A stretch of 64,000 nucleotides of DNA from Cycas panzhihuaensis (lineage: Eukaryota > Plantae > Cycadophyta): contig CM041465.1 of assembly GCA_023213395.1 (NCBI GenBank), positions 156,929,741 through 156,993,740 on the forward strand, in the 5' to 3' direction. Below are positions 27,201-40,359 of the stretch, piece after piece. Below the pieces are notes generated by a model that saw only the letters and a list, made by a program, of their open reading frames with translations, was not told where the DNA came from and did not search any database. The position numbers and the translations under genes were made by a program. Each line of letters opens with the position of its first letter. The first letter of the stretch is position 1.

Positions 27201-28381
27201 CAATTTAAGAAAAAGAGGATTCTTGTTGGCGAATAGATGTATTTTGTATCAGAAAGAGGAGGAGTCTATTGACTATATACTGCTGCACTACTCCTACTCT
27301 AACGAAGTGTGGAAGCTACTCTAGAACATTTTTGGAGTAGTTTGGGTCTTTCCTAGTAATGTGAAGGAGTTAGTTGCCTTATGGAAAAGCCCCTTTAAAT
27401 GTAGAACTCTAAGGTCCTTATGGATAATATCTCTCCGTATGATGATGTGGAACCTTTGGAAAGAAAGGAATAGGAAAAATTTTCAAGAGAAATACATGGA
27501 TAGCTCTAAGCTTTTTGGGATGCTCTATGTCACCCTACAAGAGAGCTTGAAGGAAGAGAAAGAAATATTCATCCCCTCTTAGGAAAGGTAATCCCTAGAG
27601 AAATAGGAAATTAAGAATGTCAAAATAAAAATGATTCAATAAAGGTAGTGTAGATGGCACCGCCTCATGAGAGATGGGTCAAAATCAACTTCGACGATGT
27701 GGCAAAAGGTAACCCTCGTGAAGTTGGGGGTAAGGGATTTTATAGAAATGCTAAAGGGAAGGTGATCTGGGCCTTAACTAATTATTATAGGACCTATACT
27801 AATCATAGTGTTGAATTGGATGCAATGGGAAAAGTGGAGATGATGTCCTTGAAAAGGCTTGATAGGGTGATTTTGGAAGGAGATTTGCTAAACGTGATAA
27901 AATTAATTAGAGGGGAAGTAGAGGTGGATTAGAGACATAGAGCTATGATTAATGATGATAAGGACGATCTTTAAAGGAAAGAAAATGTCCAAGTGATCCA
28001 CACTTATAGGGAAGGAAATGGGGTGGCAAATAGTCTGGCTAATTGGAGAGTCCAATTTAAAAGAAGCAAGGTTTGGAGGGATATGGTCCCTAAAGAGATT
28101 ATGGATCTAGTTAAGAAAGATATGGAAGGTATAAACCCTAGTGCGTATTCTAAGCTAGCCACTGGGCTTGTCATGGTAGATAAGTAGTTTGATATAAATA
28201 GCTAGCCACTGAGCTTGTCATCGTAGGGGTGGTCTAGTAGTCATATCAGGTTTGATTTTATCTAAAGCAATGCCATGGGCTTGTCACAACAGATCCAAAA
28301 GGTTGATTTAGTAGACTTTGTAAAGGGGTTAGGGTCCCTTATAAATCCCCACATTTGTTTAAATCTTACCAAAAAAAAAAA
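24247..28381 (+). mobile_element. 5'-truncated plant L1 LINE, duplicate copy
   Basis: ORF 25691-26272 RT (KIDLSKAYD, LRQGDPL), RNase H ORFs 27654-28187, poly(A) 28371-28381. Confidence 0.95.
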
Positions 28382-31300
28382 TGTACAAGTCCCTCCCCTT
28401 AGAAAAATTGCTTTACCCACAAAGCATTTGTAATGATGGGTGATCCAAGATGAGTTATTCATTTTTCCAAGTTGCCTCCTTTTGTGGTAGCCCTTTCTAT
28501 TTAATCAAGTATTCTATAATATTTTATATTCTAAGTGTACAGTGGTGAATATCCATAGTAGCTTCAAGTTCAATCACAAGATTCCCCTCCTCCTTTATCA
28601 CTGGCAGCTCTATCATTATCCTAGTGTGATATCCTACTTTTTCTTCCAGGTTAGATATACAAAAGACATTATGAATCCTACTTCGTTCTAGTAGATTGAG
28701 GGTATAAGCTACCTCTCTAACCTATCTCTAAATTTTATATGGGCCGTAACATCTTGGTGCTTGTTTGTATTTACCTTATTGTTCAAGAGATTTGCTTATA
28801 TGGCTATAGTTTTATATAAATCTAATCTCTTTTCTCAAATTATCTTTTGATTCTTTTATGGTCTTTTTGTTGTTTTAACTGTTTCCTTGTGATGTCATAA
28901 TTTTTCTTGAATTTATCTAAAATTCTATCAATTTATCTTATTAGATCCTTTTACTATTGGTGTTTTACTATATTTTGAATATAATCCACTAGTGCAAGCA
29001 ACAGTGTAGTATAATATATTGAAGGGTGTTATCTTAATAAATGTCTAGTAATTAATATTATACCAATATTTAGCCAAGTGAATCCATTTCTGACATGGAT
29101 TGGTTGTCTCTAGTGTAGCAATGTAGGTGTGTTTCTAAAACTTTATTGGCTATTTAGCGTATCCATTTATTTAGAGGTGGTATAATCATCATGGCAAATT
29201 GGATTCTTGCCAATTTAAATACATCCTTCTAAAAGTGGCTTACGAATTTAGGATCCATATTACTAATTATCTTTTTGAGAAACCCATGTAATCTATGGGT
29301 GTTTCAATGAAATTTTAACTATCTAAGATGCCTTATAAGATGATTAAATAGGGATAAAATGTTCATATTTCAACAAGTAATCAACTACTATAAATAGAGC
29401 ATCCTTTATCCCTGACTTTAGAAGGCTAGTTATAAAGTCCATATAATTATTTTTTCCATTTTTGCGCAGTTAAACTAGAGGTTATAACATTCTTAGAGTT
29501 TGTATTGATTCTATTTTTTATCTTTAATATGTCTAGTCTTTAGAGATAAACTTCTTTATATCTACTTTCATCCCTCTTTAATAGAATGATCTCTTTATCT
29601 TTTTGTAGGTTTTGAGGAACTCTAAATGAACAACTATAGGTGAATCATGATGCTTCATAAGGAATACCTCCTTAAATTGTGATTTTTGGGCTAAATAGAT
29701 CCTATTCTTATAAAGAATGGTATTTTCATTTTTTGTCCAAGGAGTCTCTTTTAGTTCTTTGGGGCTTGTGCCTATGATGACCTTCACCTCTTTATCTTAT
29801 AAGTATTCTTGGTGTAATTCCTCAAGCCATGTAAGTACAACTATTATAGTGGCTAAGTAGTTAGCATCCTTAAATTTTCTTAATAATGCATCAACTATAA
29901 TATTCTTTATTTCTCTCTTGTATGAGATTTCAAAGTCATAGTCTTGAATTTTGTTAACCTATTTTTGTTGCTCCTCTAATAAGTTTTGATGTGTTAAAAA
30001 GTATTTTAGGCTATGGTGGTCTATCTTGATAACAACTTTTGTCCCTAATAAGTATTACCTTCATTTTGCTAAGGCATGCAAAATGGCTAATATATTTTTT
30101 TTAGTCCTTTCATATAAGTTTAACTTTTAGCTCTTGTATGCAAGGGGATGCTCTTTTTATAGTAGAGTCGATCCTATGTATATTCCTAATGTGTTTCACT
30201 CTATTATAAATTGTTAAGAGAAATATAACATCACAAGAATTGGGGTAGCTATGATAGCTACTTTTAGTTTCTCAAAACTTGTATTATCATTCTCATCCCA
30301 GTTTAAACTATATTTCTCAGTAAGATCAATTAGGGGCCCAACTATGTCAATATATCCCTTAATAAATTTTTGAAAGTATTATGTAATCCCTAAAAATCCT
30401 CTAAGCTTTGATACATTTTTAGGTATGGTCTAATTAAGGATGGCTTATGACTTTGTAGGGTCAATCTTAATTCCTTCTTTTAAGATGATATATCCAAGGC
30501 ATTTTAGGGTTCTCTTTTTGAAGTAGCATTTAGACTTCTTTGTAAAGAACTTATTATCATTGAGAGCTTGAAATACTTATTGAATGTACACCAAATGTTC
30601 TTACCATGCTTTACTATAAATAGGAATGTTATCAAAGAAAACCATGATGAACCTCCTTAGGAAGGGTGTGAATATATAGTTCATATTTTCTTGAAAGGTT
30701 ATTAGGGTATTAGTCAACCCTAATGGCATTATCATTTAATTCATATAATCTTTGGTGCATCTAAAAGGTTGACTTTTCTATATCTCGAGGTCATATGGGT
30801 ATCTAATAATATCTAGAGTATAAATTAATTTTAGTAAAATATTTAGCTTCATGTAGCTTATATATGATATCATCCATATGTGGAATGGGGTATTTATCTT
30901 TTTACATTATCATGTTTAGGGCTTTATAATCTATACACATTCAAAAGGAACCATCCTTTTTTCTGATTAAGATGACAGTTGTTGCGTATGGACTCTTGCT
31001 TAAAATTATGGCATAAAAACCCAATAATTCTTACTAAGCTTTTAAATTTTCGTCTTTTTCTCATGTCTGTAGTAATATGGTTGAATGGTAGTAGGTCCTT
31101 CACTTGGTTCTAACTAAATAATGTGCTCTATATTTCAACTAGATGATGGAGTTCTTTATAATCCTTAAAAAACATCTTGGTAATGGTCTACTTGCTCTTT
31201 TATCTCCTTCTTTTCCTTAGGTAGTAGTTCATCGTTGGGCTCTTTGCTTGTATGGAGAATAATGCAATAATAAACTTGGCATGTACTTTTCATAACATTT

Positions 31301-33207
31301 TTCCTATATTTTCTTTAGATATAACTCTTGATTTTAGAGAATTAATGCCATTTAATTAATACTTCCTTCTATCCTAATTGAATTTAATAAAGTTTTAATT
31401 ATGCTTTAAGGTATAAGTTCATAATGTCCTTAACTATTTAATTGCCAATACTATATCAATGTCTCTAATACAAAAGGTATAGTAATCTACTGAGAACTGG
31501 TGGGGTTAATGCTCATCACCCCACTCCCACCTTCCAACCAGGAGTGTACACCTCACATTTATCAATTTACACATGTGGGTGCTCATATGTGTAGGTAAGT
31601 ATAAGGCAAGTTTAAGTTGATTTAAGTTCATTTGAGTTAAGTTACGTTATTATTTTATTGTTATTTAAATTTTAAAGGTTAAGGAGTTTCCCTCCTCCCC
31701 CAAACTATATATTTTGAGGGGTGTGTAAAATTAGTGTCTTTAGACATTGCCTATTTTTAGACATTTGTAATACTCTCTCACAATAATAGATTGAATACAA
31801 AGGATTCTTGTTTATGTAACAATAATGTATTGATCTATGATTATTTGTTTATGTTCTGCCCTATTCTCCATCGTTTTATTTTCCTACATTTGGTATCGAA
31901 GTGAGATTGTTGGGCTATTGCATCTTCATTTGAAGTTTTTTGAAGAAGAAGGAAGATTTATTGGCATTTGAAATAGATCTACTCACAAGCTAGCAAATAT
32001 TGGTCATATTCATTTTCTACAAAGTTTATTAGTAAGTTTTTTGTATTTTTTATTAGAGATTTGATTATTCTTGATTTTTACTTGTGAAATAATAAATATA
32101 TTTTAATTTTTTTTCAAATTTGTGTAGGTGTATAGCTGCAAACAATAAATATCAAGTTTTATCATTTTACAAGAGGTTTTATTAACAAGTTTTATATATA
32201 TGATATTTTTCAAGTATATTTTTATCTATTTATCTAATATTTTTTTTCAGATCTGTGCAAGAGCACAACTGCAAGTAATATTTATTCAAAGTTTTCTTCA
32301 GATCTGCTATATATTCTTTATATCTGCTTATTTAATTAAATATTTAACTATTTTTCTGGTTTACTCTATTTATATCTGTAATATTTATTTCAGATCTGTA
32401 GTATTTATTTAAGTTTTCTTCAGATCTACTATATATTTTTTAGATATGCTTATTTTATTAATTATTTCACCATTTTATGGTTTATTTGTTTTAGATCTAT
32501 AATATTTGTTTCAGATCTACAATATTGGCTTCAGATCTACAATATTTACTTTAGATGTATAATACTTACTTTAGATCTACAACATTTATTAAAGTTTTCT
32601 TTTAGATCTGTATATTTTATCACATATTTGACCATTTATTTTTAAGTTTTTTTTTCCAGATATGTAAGTTTTGGTGTATATTTAGTCTAACAAACTATAT
32701 ATTATAGCAGATCTACCTACTGGAGAAATTTGTTTGAAGCTTCAATTTGTGTGGAAGAATATCTCATCTTTGGAAGTCAATTTGTTACAAATCTGTCATA
32801 ATTTCTTACCAGGTTCTACATATATATAATTTTTTTCAGATTAAACATTTATATATTTCTTATTTTTTTGATATAACTACTCCAATATATTTGAAATATT
32901 TTAGATACAAATATATATGGATTTCATTTATTTGATATATTTTTGTTAGTATATTTAAAAATTTATCTGATTTCATTTGTAGCTCTATTGAATCACTAAA
33001 GTTTTTCATGCCTCTCTATAAATATAATTTTTTTTGATATATCTCTTCTGTAATATACATATTATACAAAGATTATTATTATTATTTTTTTCAACAAAAA
33101 AATCTTAACTTCATAAGTAATTTTGGGTCTCTTCATTTCTTCGTGATTGTAGTTTGACAAAGTGCCAAAATAAGAAAGAACATATGAATAACATCTCAGA
33201 AATTGAA

Positions 33208-33336
33208 AAGATCCACTAAGCTAGTAGATTATGTCATTTGTTCTTGGATTGATCCACCTGCCTTTGTAAGAATATGCACAATACCTTTTTTAATACGTTC
33301 ATTATTCTCTTTAAGAAGCTGAAGCAAATATTCTTC
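33208..33336 (-). pseudogene. PDS5A: Captured PDS5A-like fragment, copy 2
   Basis: EEYLLQLLKENNERIKKGIVHILTKAGGSIQEQMT*STSLVDL in a single frame. Confidence 0.82.
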
Positions 33337-33706
33337 ACAAGTAGATTCATGCTCGATACAATGAAGTCATCCTTCCAGTGAATCAAATCATACTAATGTG
33401 TTGTCTATCTTAACATATTATTACTTAAGCCTTACTAAGCAAAACAAAAGACTCTTCATTTTCTTAAATTTTGTACAGTTATGTCCCATGCTCGCTTGCT
33501 TCGATTTGAAATCAACAAAATAAAGAAGTTTCCTACTAATATTTCTTGTTCATAGTGCATTTACCATTACAATAGTCACTAAATATAGTCAATCACTTTA
33601 CTATTGCCATCGTCCTCCACGTTGAGCTGCCCCTTCAACTCTAGATAGCCATCCTTCCATTCAAATTCCGAGGGATAGTGGCCTGTCATCCATCGATTAT
33701 TATTCT

Positions 33707-34006
33707 AGCTCCTATAAGATCCATTGACGAGCCATAATGAAATGTGACGACTGAGACATCTACATTCAAATTAAGTAGTAATTACAAACAATAAAAATAT
33801 CCATTCAATGAAGCCATATGAAGAGCTGTAATCCCACTATCTGTTGCTCTGTTCACGAATTTGGAGAGTGCATTCTGGTTAAACTGGTGTCACGTCATTG
33901 AGGCATCATCCTTATTGTCAAAAGCTAGAGATAGACCCAATTGGTAAGGGGCACTCGGTACAAAGTCTGCAACCACAAACTTGATGCATCTTATATGACC
34001 ATTTAC
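33707..34006 (-). pseudogene. XBAT33: Captured XBAT33-like fragment, copy 2 (100 codons in one frame, 2 stops)
   Basis: VNGHIRCIKFVVADFVPSAPYQLG...[27 protein letters not shown]...VTFHYGSSMDLIGA. Confidence 0.92.
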
Positions 34007-34016
34007 TCCTATTTAA

Positions 34017-34355
34017 GTGAAAGGCCTCTAGCTCTTGAATACGCATTGCCCAAGCCTAGGCATGTTGCAACTATCCATCCTTGTATAAAATCACATCTTG
34101 TGCAGTACGACACTGCTGCTCCATTTCTTAGATTTGGTTTTCCTTTTCACGTAGTTGTTCTTTCAAATCCTATATTTGTGCAAGATGATGTGCTCTTTTA
34201 TCATCATACTGTGCAACTATTATTTTCTGCTCAGATATAGCAGTATCACATTCCCATCAGAAAGTAGCTAGCTCATTACTCTATTCTCTAAGCAGGCCAT
34301 CCTTAGCCCATACTGCTTCATTGGTCTCAATCTGATTTGCATGAAGCTACCTCTG
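34017..34355 (-). pseudogene. Captured coiled-coil protein fragment, copy 2
   Basis: Copy of 16456-16794; stop codons fall mostly at expected Gln/Arg codons. Confidence 0.8.
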
Positions 34356-36168
34356 GCGCCCTTCACATTTGGATGGCCTATTCACTCAGGCACAACACAA
34401 CCGACTAGGTTGCCTTAAAAGTTTACAGTCATTCACTTCTTGAAGTTCCGTATGGGCATCTATCACGCTTCTACCATAAGCCCAATGTCCTTCGTTCGTT
34501 TCTCTGGTCATCATCGACGAAGCAATAAAACCCTAAGAAGGGTTCTCTTGTGAGGCGTGAAGGGTTTGCTTTCATTAAAGCCTTTGTGCTTCTACTTCGC
34601 CCATTCACGTGACTGGTCTGACGTCTGTGCGGCAATGACGACGACGTGGCAGCGTCGCAGAAAAAAAATCAAAAAGTTTTTAATATATTTTTTTATATAA
34701 AGTTTAAAATTATTAAATTAATTTTTATAAAAATTTTAAATTCGAGTTTAAAAATCTTTAGCCCCCTTGACACTTTAGCCCCCAGCCCCGTGTCCCTACA
34801 CATGACTGTCGCTTATCATTAAAGGGGTCAACAACGTTTATAAACTTTTTTTCTTTTTTGTTTTTTTTATTTTTCATTTCACAAAGGGTACTTGGTGGTA
34901 TTTTTACTGTAACGTTTCACTGGGTCATTAGTTTCTAATGAAACATATCCCATTGCATCCAGAATTTTCTAAGTTGTAATTTTGACTAGTCATATGACCT
35001 ATTTGGAGCTAATTTGACTAGTTTTTAATCAGTTCAAAGTCAGGCATTGATTTTTAGATCATTTTTAAACTATTTTCATAAAATCCATTTTTCATTATAT
35101 TATATTTTATTACCAAGTGATTATTTTCTACCCGGATCTATTCTGCAGTCATCTACTATCAATAAACTTCGTTACCATCTATTTATTTTAATTTTTAAGA
35201 TCTATTCTAATCATTATTTTAATTGACCAAAGTGACACTTTAGTGTTTTTTAACACTTTTTGAACATTTTACCATAAAAGTACTTGTTGTCATTTTCATT
35301 ATAACTTTTCTGTTTTACATCAGAATTCAAATCCGTTAGTTTTGTTAGGAAGCTGACTCACTCCTCTTCGAACTGACACTATTATTTATAAGTTTTAAAA
35401 CTTTTTTTTTTAATTTTCAAACCTATCAAAATTGAGATACTTAATAGCCTCTAATTTATCATTTTTACATCTTTTTATATATTATTTTTCAAGTTTTTTC
35501 AACTAAAAAGTATATTAAGCCACTCTATAAATCATATTTGACTATTTTACATTATTCTATAATTTTTTATTAGCATTTTTATAATCTTTTAAGCCTCAGG
35601 CTCCTGTTAGGCCTTAAAAAGAGGATTGTACCTTTGGTTCATCAAAATATTAACTTCTAGGAACCCGTTTTCAAAATAGCCAGTTCCATTGAATAGTCCT
35701 TTTGTTAATCTTCAATTTGGTATAGTTTCACTTTATTATGATATCGTTTAGTACAACTTTGAAGCTACTAAACTTGAGCATTTGTCATATACCAATATTT
35801 AAAAAATTAAAAGGTTGAGAATTCTTTTATTTTTCATCATCAAAGTTTCAATTCAGATTTGTATAATTAAGAGGATCTTAGTTACTTTTAAAATTTACTT
35901 ATAAATAAATTATATTTTAAATTTTATTTGAAATTAGATTTTATAAGTTTATCATTTATTTGAAAGACATTTTTTATTTATCTTTATTAAAAAGATCATT
36001 TCCCTATTTGCTTTCACTTTCCAAAGTCTTTTTTTTTTCACTTTCAAAGGGCATTATATTTCTTGAGTATATTTAACATCATATAAGTTTGTCATATTTA
36101 TTCATTTATTAAGTTTTTTGACTTGGTAAAAACATATTCTTTTTTATGTACTAAAATTTTTCTACAAA

Positions 36169-36850
36169 ATGGCAATCAATCTTAATAAAGTGCAATTTCC
36201 TATATTTGATAGCCATAATTTTTCACTATGGCATAAAACTATATAAAATTATTTTATTACACATGATCTTTGGAACTACTTATAGGATGAATATGATGTT
36301 AGTATTAAGGAAAACATTAAAAAAGATAATGAAGCCTTAGCATTACTATTTTGCACTATAAATGATGATGCGTTTTCTAGAGTTTATGAATTAACAATTT
36401 CTAAATCTATATGGGATGTCTTAATTTCTACTTATTGGGTAAATACCCTTAATGAATTTAACATTGATATTAAGCATGTGAAACAGGTGCAAGAATAGGT
36501 GGTTTGTAATGAAAAGACCAAGGAAGATTCAAGTCAAATGCACGATCATCTTGTTGCACAAGAACTTGATCATCCATTTGAGGGGGAGAGATATGATAAT
36601 ATGACAATTGTTCACAATACAAAGTTTTCAAAATATAAAGTTCAAGTTCCAAAAGTTAAAGTCAAAGTTGTAGCCACACCTCCACATTTGAATCAAGCTA
36701 TATTTACTTATAGTTTTTTCGCACCACTCAATAGCAAAGACACATACATTGCTATAAGGATGTGGCAAGTTAATAAAGATCAAGCTACAAGATAGATTTT
36801 AAAAGCTTTTTTCAAGTACAAATTCCATAAGTTTAAAGAGAAGACATTAT
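36169..36850 (+). pseudogene. Copia gag N-terminus joined to a probable RNase H C-terminal remnant (pol deleted)
   Basis: MAINLNKVQFPIFDSHNFSLW..HDLWNYL..KKDNEALALLFCTINDDAFSRV..SKSIWDVL (copia gag); DQATR*ILKAFFKYKFHKFKEK resembles DQLADIFTKAL..KF. Confidence 0.8.
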
Positions 36851-39800
36851 TCGTAATGACCATTAAGGGGGAGAATGTTGGGGTTAATACCCATCACCCC
36901 ACTCTCACCTTTCAACCAGGAGTGCACACCTCACACTCATCAATTTACACATGTGGGTGCTTACATGTATAGGTCAGTTTAAGTTGATTTGATTTAAGTT
37001 GAGTTAAGTTTATTTGAGTTAAGTTAAGTTATTATTTTATTATTATTTAAATTTTAGAGGTTGAGGAGTTTCCTTCCTCCCCCAAACTATATATTTTGAG
37101 GGGTGTGCAACCATGGTGTCTTTAGACACTGCCTACTTTTGGACATTTGTAATGCTCTCTCACAGTAATGGATTGAATACAAAGGATTCTTATTTATGTA
37201 ACAATAATGTATTGATGTATGATTATTTGATTATATTCTGCCATGTTCTCCATCATTTTATTTTCCTATAAGAACTTATAATTAGTAATGTGCAATCATT
37301 AATGCTTGACCTCACCTTGAAATTTAAGACCTATTCTCGAGGGAGAAAGATACTGAAATATTTTTTCTTTATATTTAACCCTAATTTTATAGTTATGCTA
37401 GTGTTAATAAAGTTATGGGTGCTTTCTAGGTCAACGAGAATGAATACCTTCTTTTTCCTAAGGTATCCTATGAGTTTAATGGTGTTATTCCTAACATGGC
37501 TAATAGGGATATTTTAGGTTGGTCATCATCCAATGCTTCTTCATAATATACTTTCTCCTTAATGGGTTCCTCCTCTATATCTCACTGATATTCCCTATCA
37601 TCATCCTTAATTCCAACCTCTATGTAATATAATTTTTCCTCTATCCATTGATGCCCCCTTACCCAAGGTTTCTTACAGGTGTGGCATATACTTAGTGTTC
37701 TTTCCTTGGCCCTCTTTATCTCTCTAGATTTTTATATTGTGTCTTCTAACTTGATTACATTGGAATTAATATGTTAGCTCCTTTGAAATCCTTGATTACT
37801 TAGTCCTATTAATTTATATTCAGGTTAACAAACTATTGTTTAGGACCTCCTTTGAGTATGGATGGAATATTTACTCTATCTTGCTAATATGATAATATAT
37901 CCCAAGGAGACATGTTAAATTAACATATATCTTCTTAAATCTTGAGCTAAAAATTACTGATATAATAGAGGAGTGCTTCGATAGAAGTACTTCTATCCTT
38001 ACACTAAAGCTCCTAAAATTCATATATATATATACATATATTGTTAGATAGATCACCACTTTTAGAAATTATATGTTAGTTAGACATTATAGGAATCACT
38101 CTAATTATCTTCATGTTCCTTAAAGGATTCTATAAAATATTTAAAATTATGAGTCTTACCTTCTCTTTTTTATATTATAGTCCATGCGTACATAGGGACT
38201 ATAAGATGGTCGATATCAAAGTTGATTTATTTCTTGGCATCATTGATATATAATGAGTCAATAGCATATTCTATTTTTGTTAACCATTTGTCTACTTTAA
38301 TTTCACCATCCTATGAATAGGTTAGTGTCTTTAAATTATAAGAAAAACATGGTGGTTAAAAATGATCATATCTTTTATACTTCATATCTTTTATACTCCT
38401 TATGATCTTGTTGTATATATTTTTTTTTTTCTCTCCTTATTTTTATTACTTTAAGGCCCTCCAAGCCTATATATTCATTTGAGATCCCTTTTCATATATG
38501 AACTCTCTAACTTGTTGAATTTTTTATCTATATATTGTAGTATTTTGATGAGACCCTCATTAGTTAATTTTATAATCTTTTTAAGATCTTCTCTAAAGTT
38601 TTAAATCTTTTCAATATTATGATTCATCCTTTTGGTGGGTGTAACTACTTTTGGTTGCCTATATCCTGGGTAAAGTCCTAATTTTATAAATAAGTCAACA
38701 ACTTCCTTAATCTCTTGCTGCCTTTAATTTAGTCAAAAAATATTCCAATATATATCTCAAAATAATGCACTCTAGACTAGGGTTTCAACACTTCAAATAA
38801 AATCAAATTTTTATGCCTATAGCAAAAGCTGTGGCCCTTTTAAGGTGGGTCACGATTAGACTTTTGGGGACTATAATAGTACTTAATACTAATATGCTAA
38901 TAATATTTTGCTCTAATATCTAATCAATCCAAAACTACTTCCAATAGAAAAAAGATATTGAGATGCATAGATTCAAATAATATTTAAGGTCAATTAAATA
39001 CTTATAGCCAAAGTTATAACTATTTGAAGTTGAAGTAGTAGATTTTAGACCCTAAGATAATGATGAATAGTAGGCCAAAACTAAATTCCTTGTAATTTTT
39101 ATAATTTCACTCTAAAACTTGACATAACCACTTAAAATTTGTAAAATAATCTTGGTCAACTCAAATTTATAGTTATTGTTTTAAAATTCTTCTGTTTATA
39201 CTCTAAAAAATATAGATCCTTGATACACTAAAAATGAGTTTTTAATGCCACTTGAAGTGATCTTAAATTAGATCTACTTTCACAAATGTAAAATAAAATT
39301 AAAATAAAAGCTAATTAAGATCTCTTAAGAGATAAATGGTTAAAAGACTCTAAATGAATTAACTTATAAAAGATGTTTTATTTATTTTTGACATGGTATA
39401 AATGAAGGGGTTTAAAAAGGGTCCCAATCCTATTACATAAGTTGCCTCTCAGCTAACAGATCTATCGTGTTAAGCCCATGGCCTAGCCATTCCCTAGCTT
39501 CCCAAACCCTATCTAATCCATCCCTGCCATAACAAGCCAAATGGCTATCTTTGACCATTCTCATGAGAAATGGCTTCCATATCTTGCTTAACTAGACTCA
39601 AAATCTCTTCTAGAGCTTCCTCTCTTCATACCCAATTCTTCTTATGTATTATGCCCGAGATTGCCAATTTATCAGCTACTCTATTCCCCTCTCTATAAGT
39701 ATGTCACACCAAGGTATTCTCTCTACCCTTAAGGGCATCTTGGGTATCTCTAATTATAGTTGCAACTTTCTAGTCAAACTCTCCCTCTCCTTTGAGTATA

Positions 39801-40359
39801 TTTATCATGTTTAATGAGTCCTCTTCTATAATTACCCTATCATAACTTTCCTATAGGGCCATATCCACTACCCTTTACATAGCTTCTATCTCTACCCTAT
39901 GGTTAGTTTGTCACTCATAATACTTCGTAAAATCCCACTTGACTTTCCCTTTCAAATTTTTACAAATACCACCAACTCTTGCCTCCATAAGATTTCTTTC
40001 AACTATCCCATCAAAATTAATTTTCACTTAATTTTCTAGGGAAGGAACCCAAGTGCATTTTCTTTTCATTCTTATGGTCTCTTTAGGCCTCATTATCTCC
40101 TAATTCTCTAATATTATACCTTCCAAATCTAAAATAAATTTCTCTTCTTTAACATTGACTATCTCTACAATGGCAACATAGGTGATTCCAAGTAGCCTAA
40201 CTTTATCCATTTGATTCTCCTTGAATATTCTTTTATTTCTCTCCTTCTATAAATTCCACATAAACATAGGCATAAAAATTTATCAAATATACACCAAGGC
40301 CCTACTCCTAAAGGGGCTCTTCTAGCCCATCACCTTCTCTTTAAGTGTTATAAGGACCA

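Larger units (their letters stand above)
18719..36293 (+). repeat. Tandem segmental duplication unit, full copy 2; continues into unique sequence
   Basis: Identity with the other copies stops after GGATGAATA at 36293, where the copia gag frame continues uninterrupted. Confidence 0.97.
31498..37270 (+). mobile_element. Complete non-autonomous Ty1/copia element carrying captured host-gene fragments
   Basis: LTRs 31498-31888 and 36876-37270 (roughly 10% diverged by eye); TSD AGAAC at 31493-31497 and 37271-37275; PBS TGGTATCGAAG at 31891; PPT AAGGGGGAGAA at 36865-36875. Confidence 0.95.

Noticed and set aside
32950-34800. Pack-MULE, CACTA or Helitron as carrier of the cassette
   Set aside because: I found no terminal inverted repeats, TSD or Helitron hairpin/CTRR end around the cassette by eye; not formally excluded
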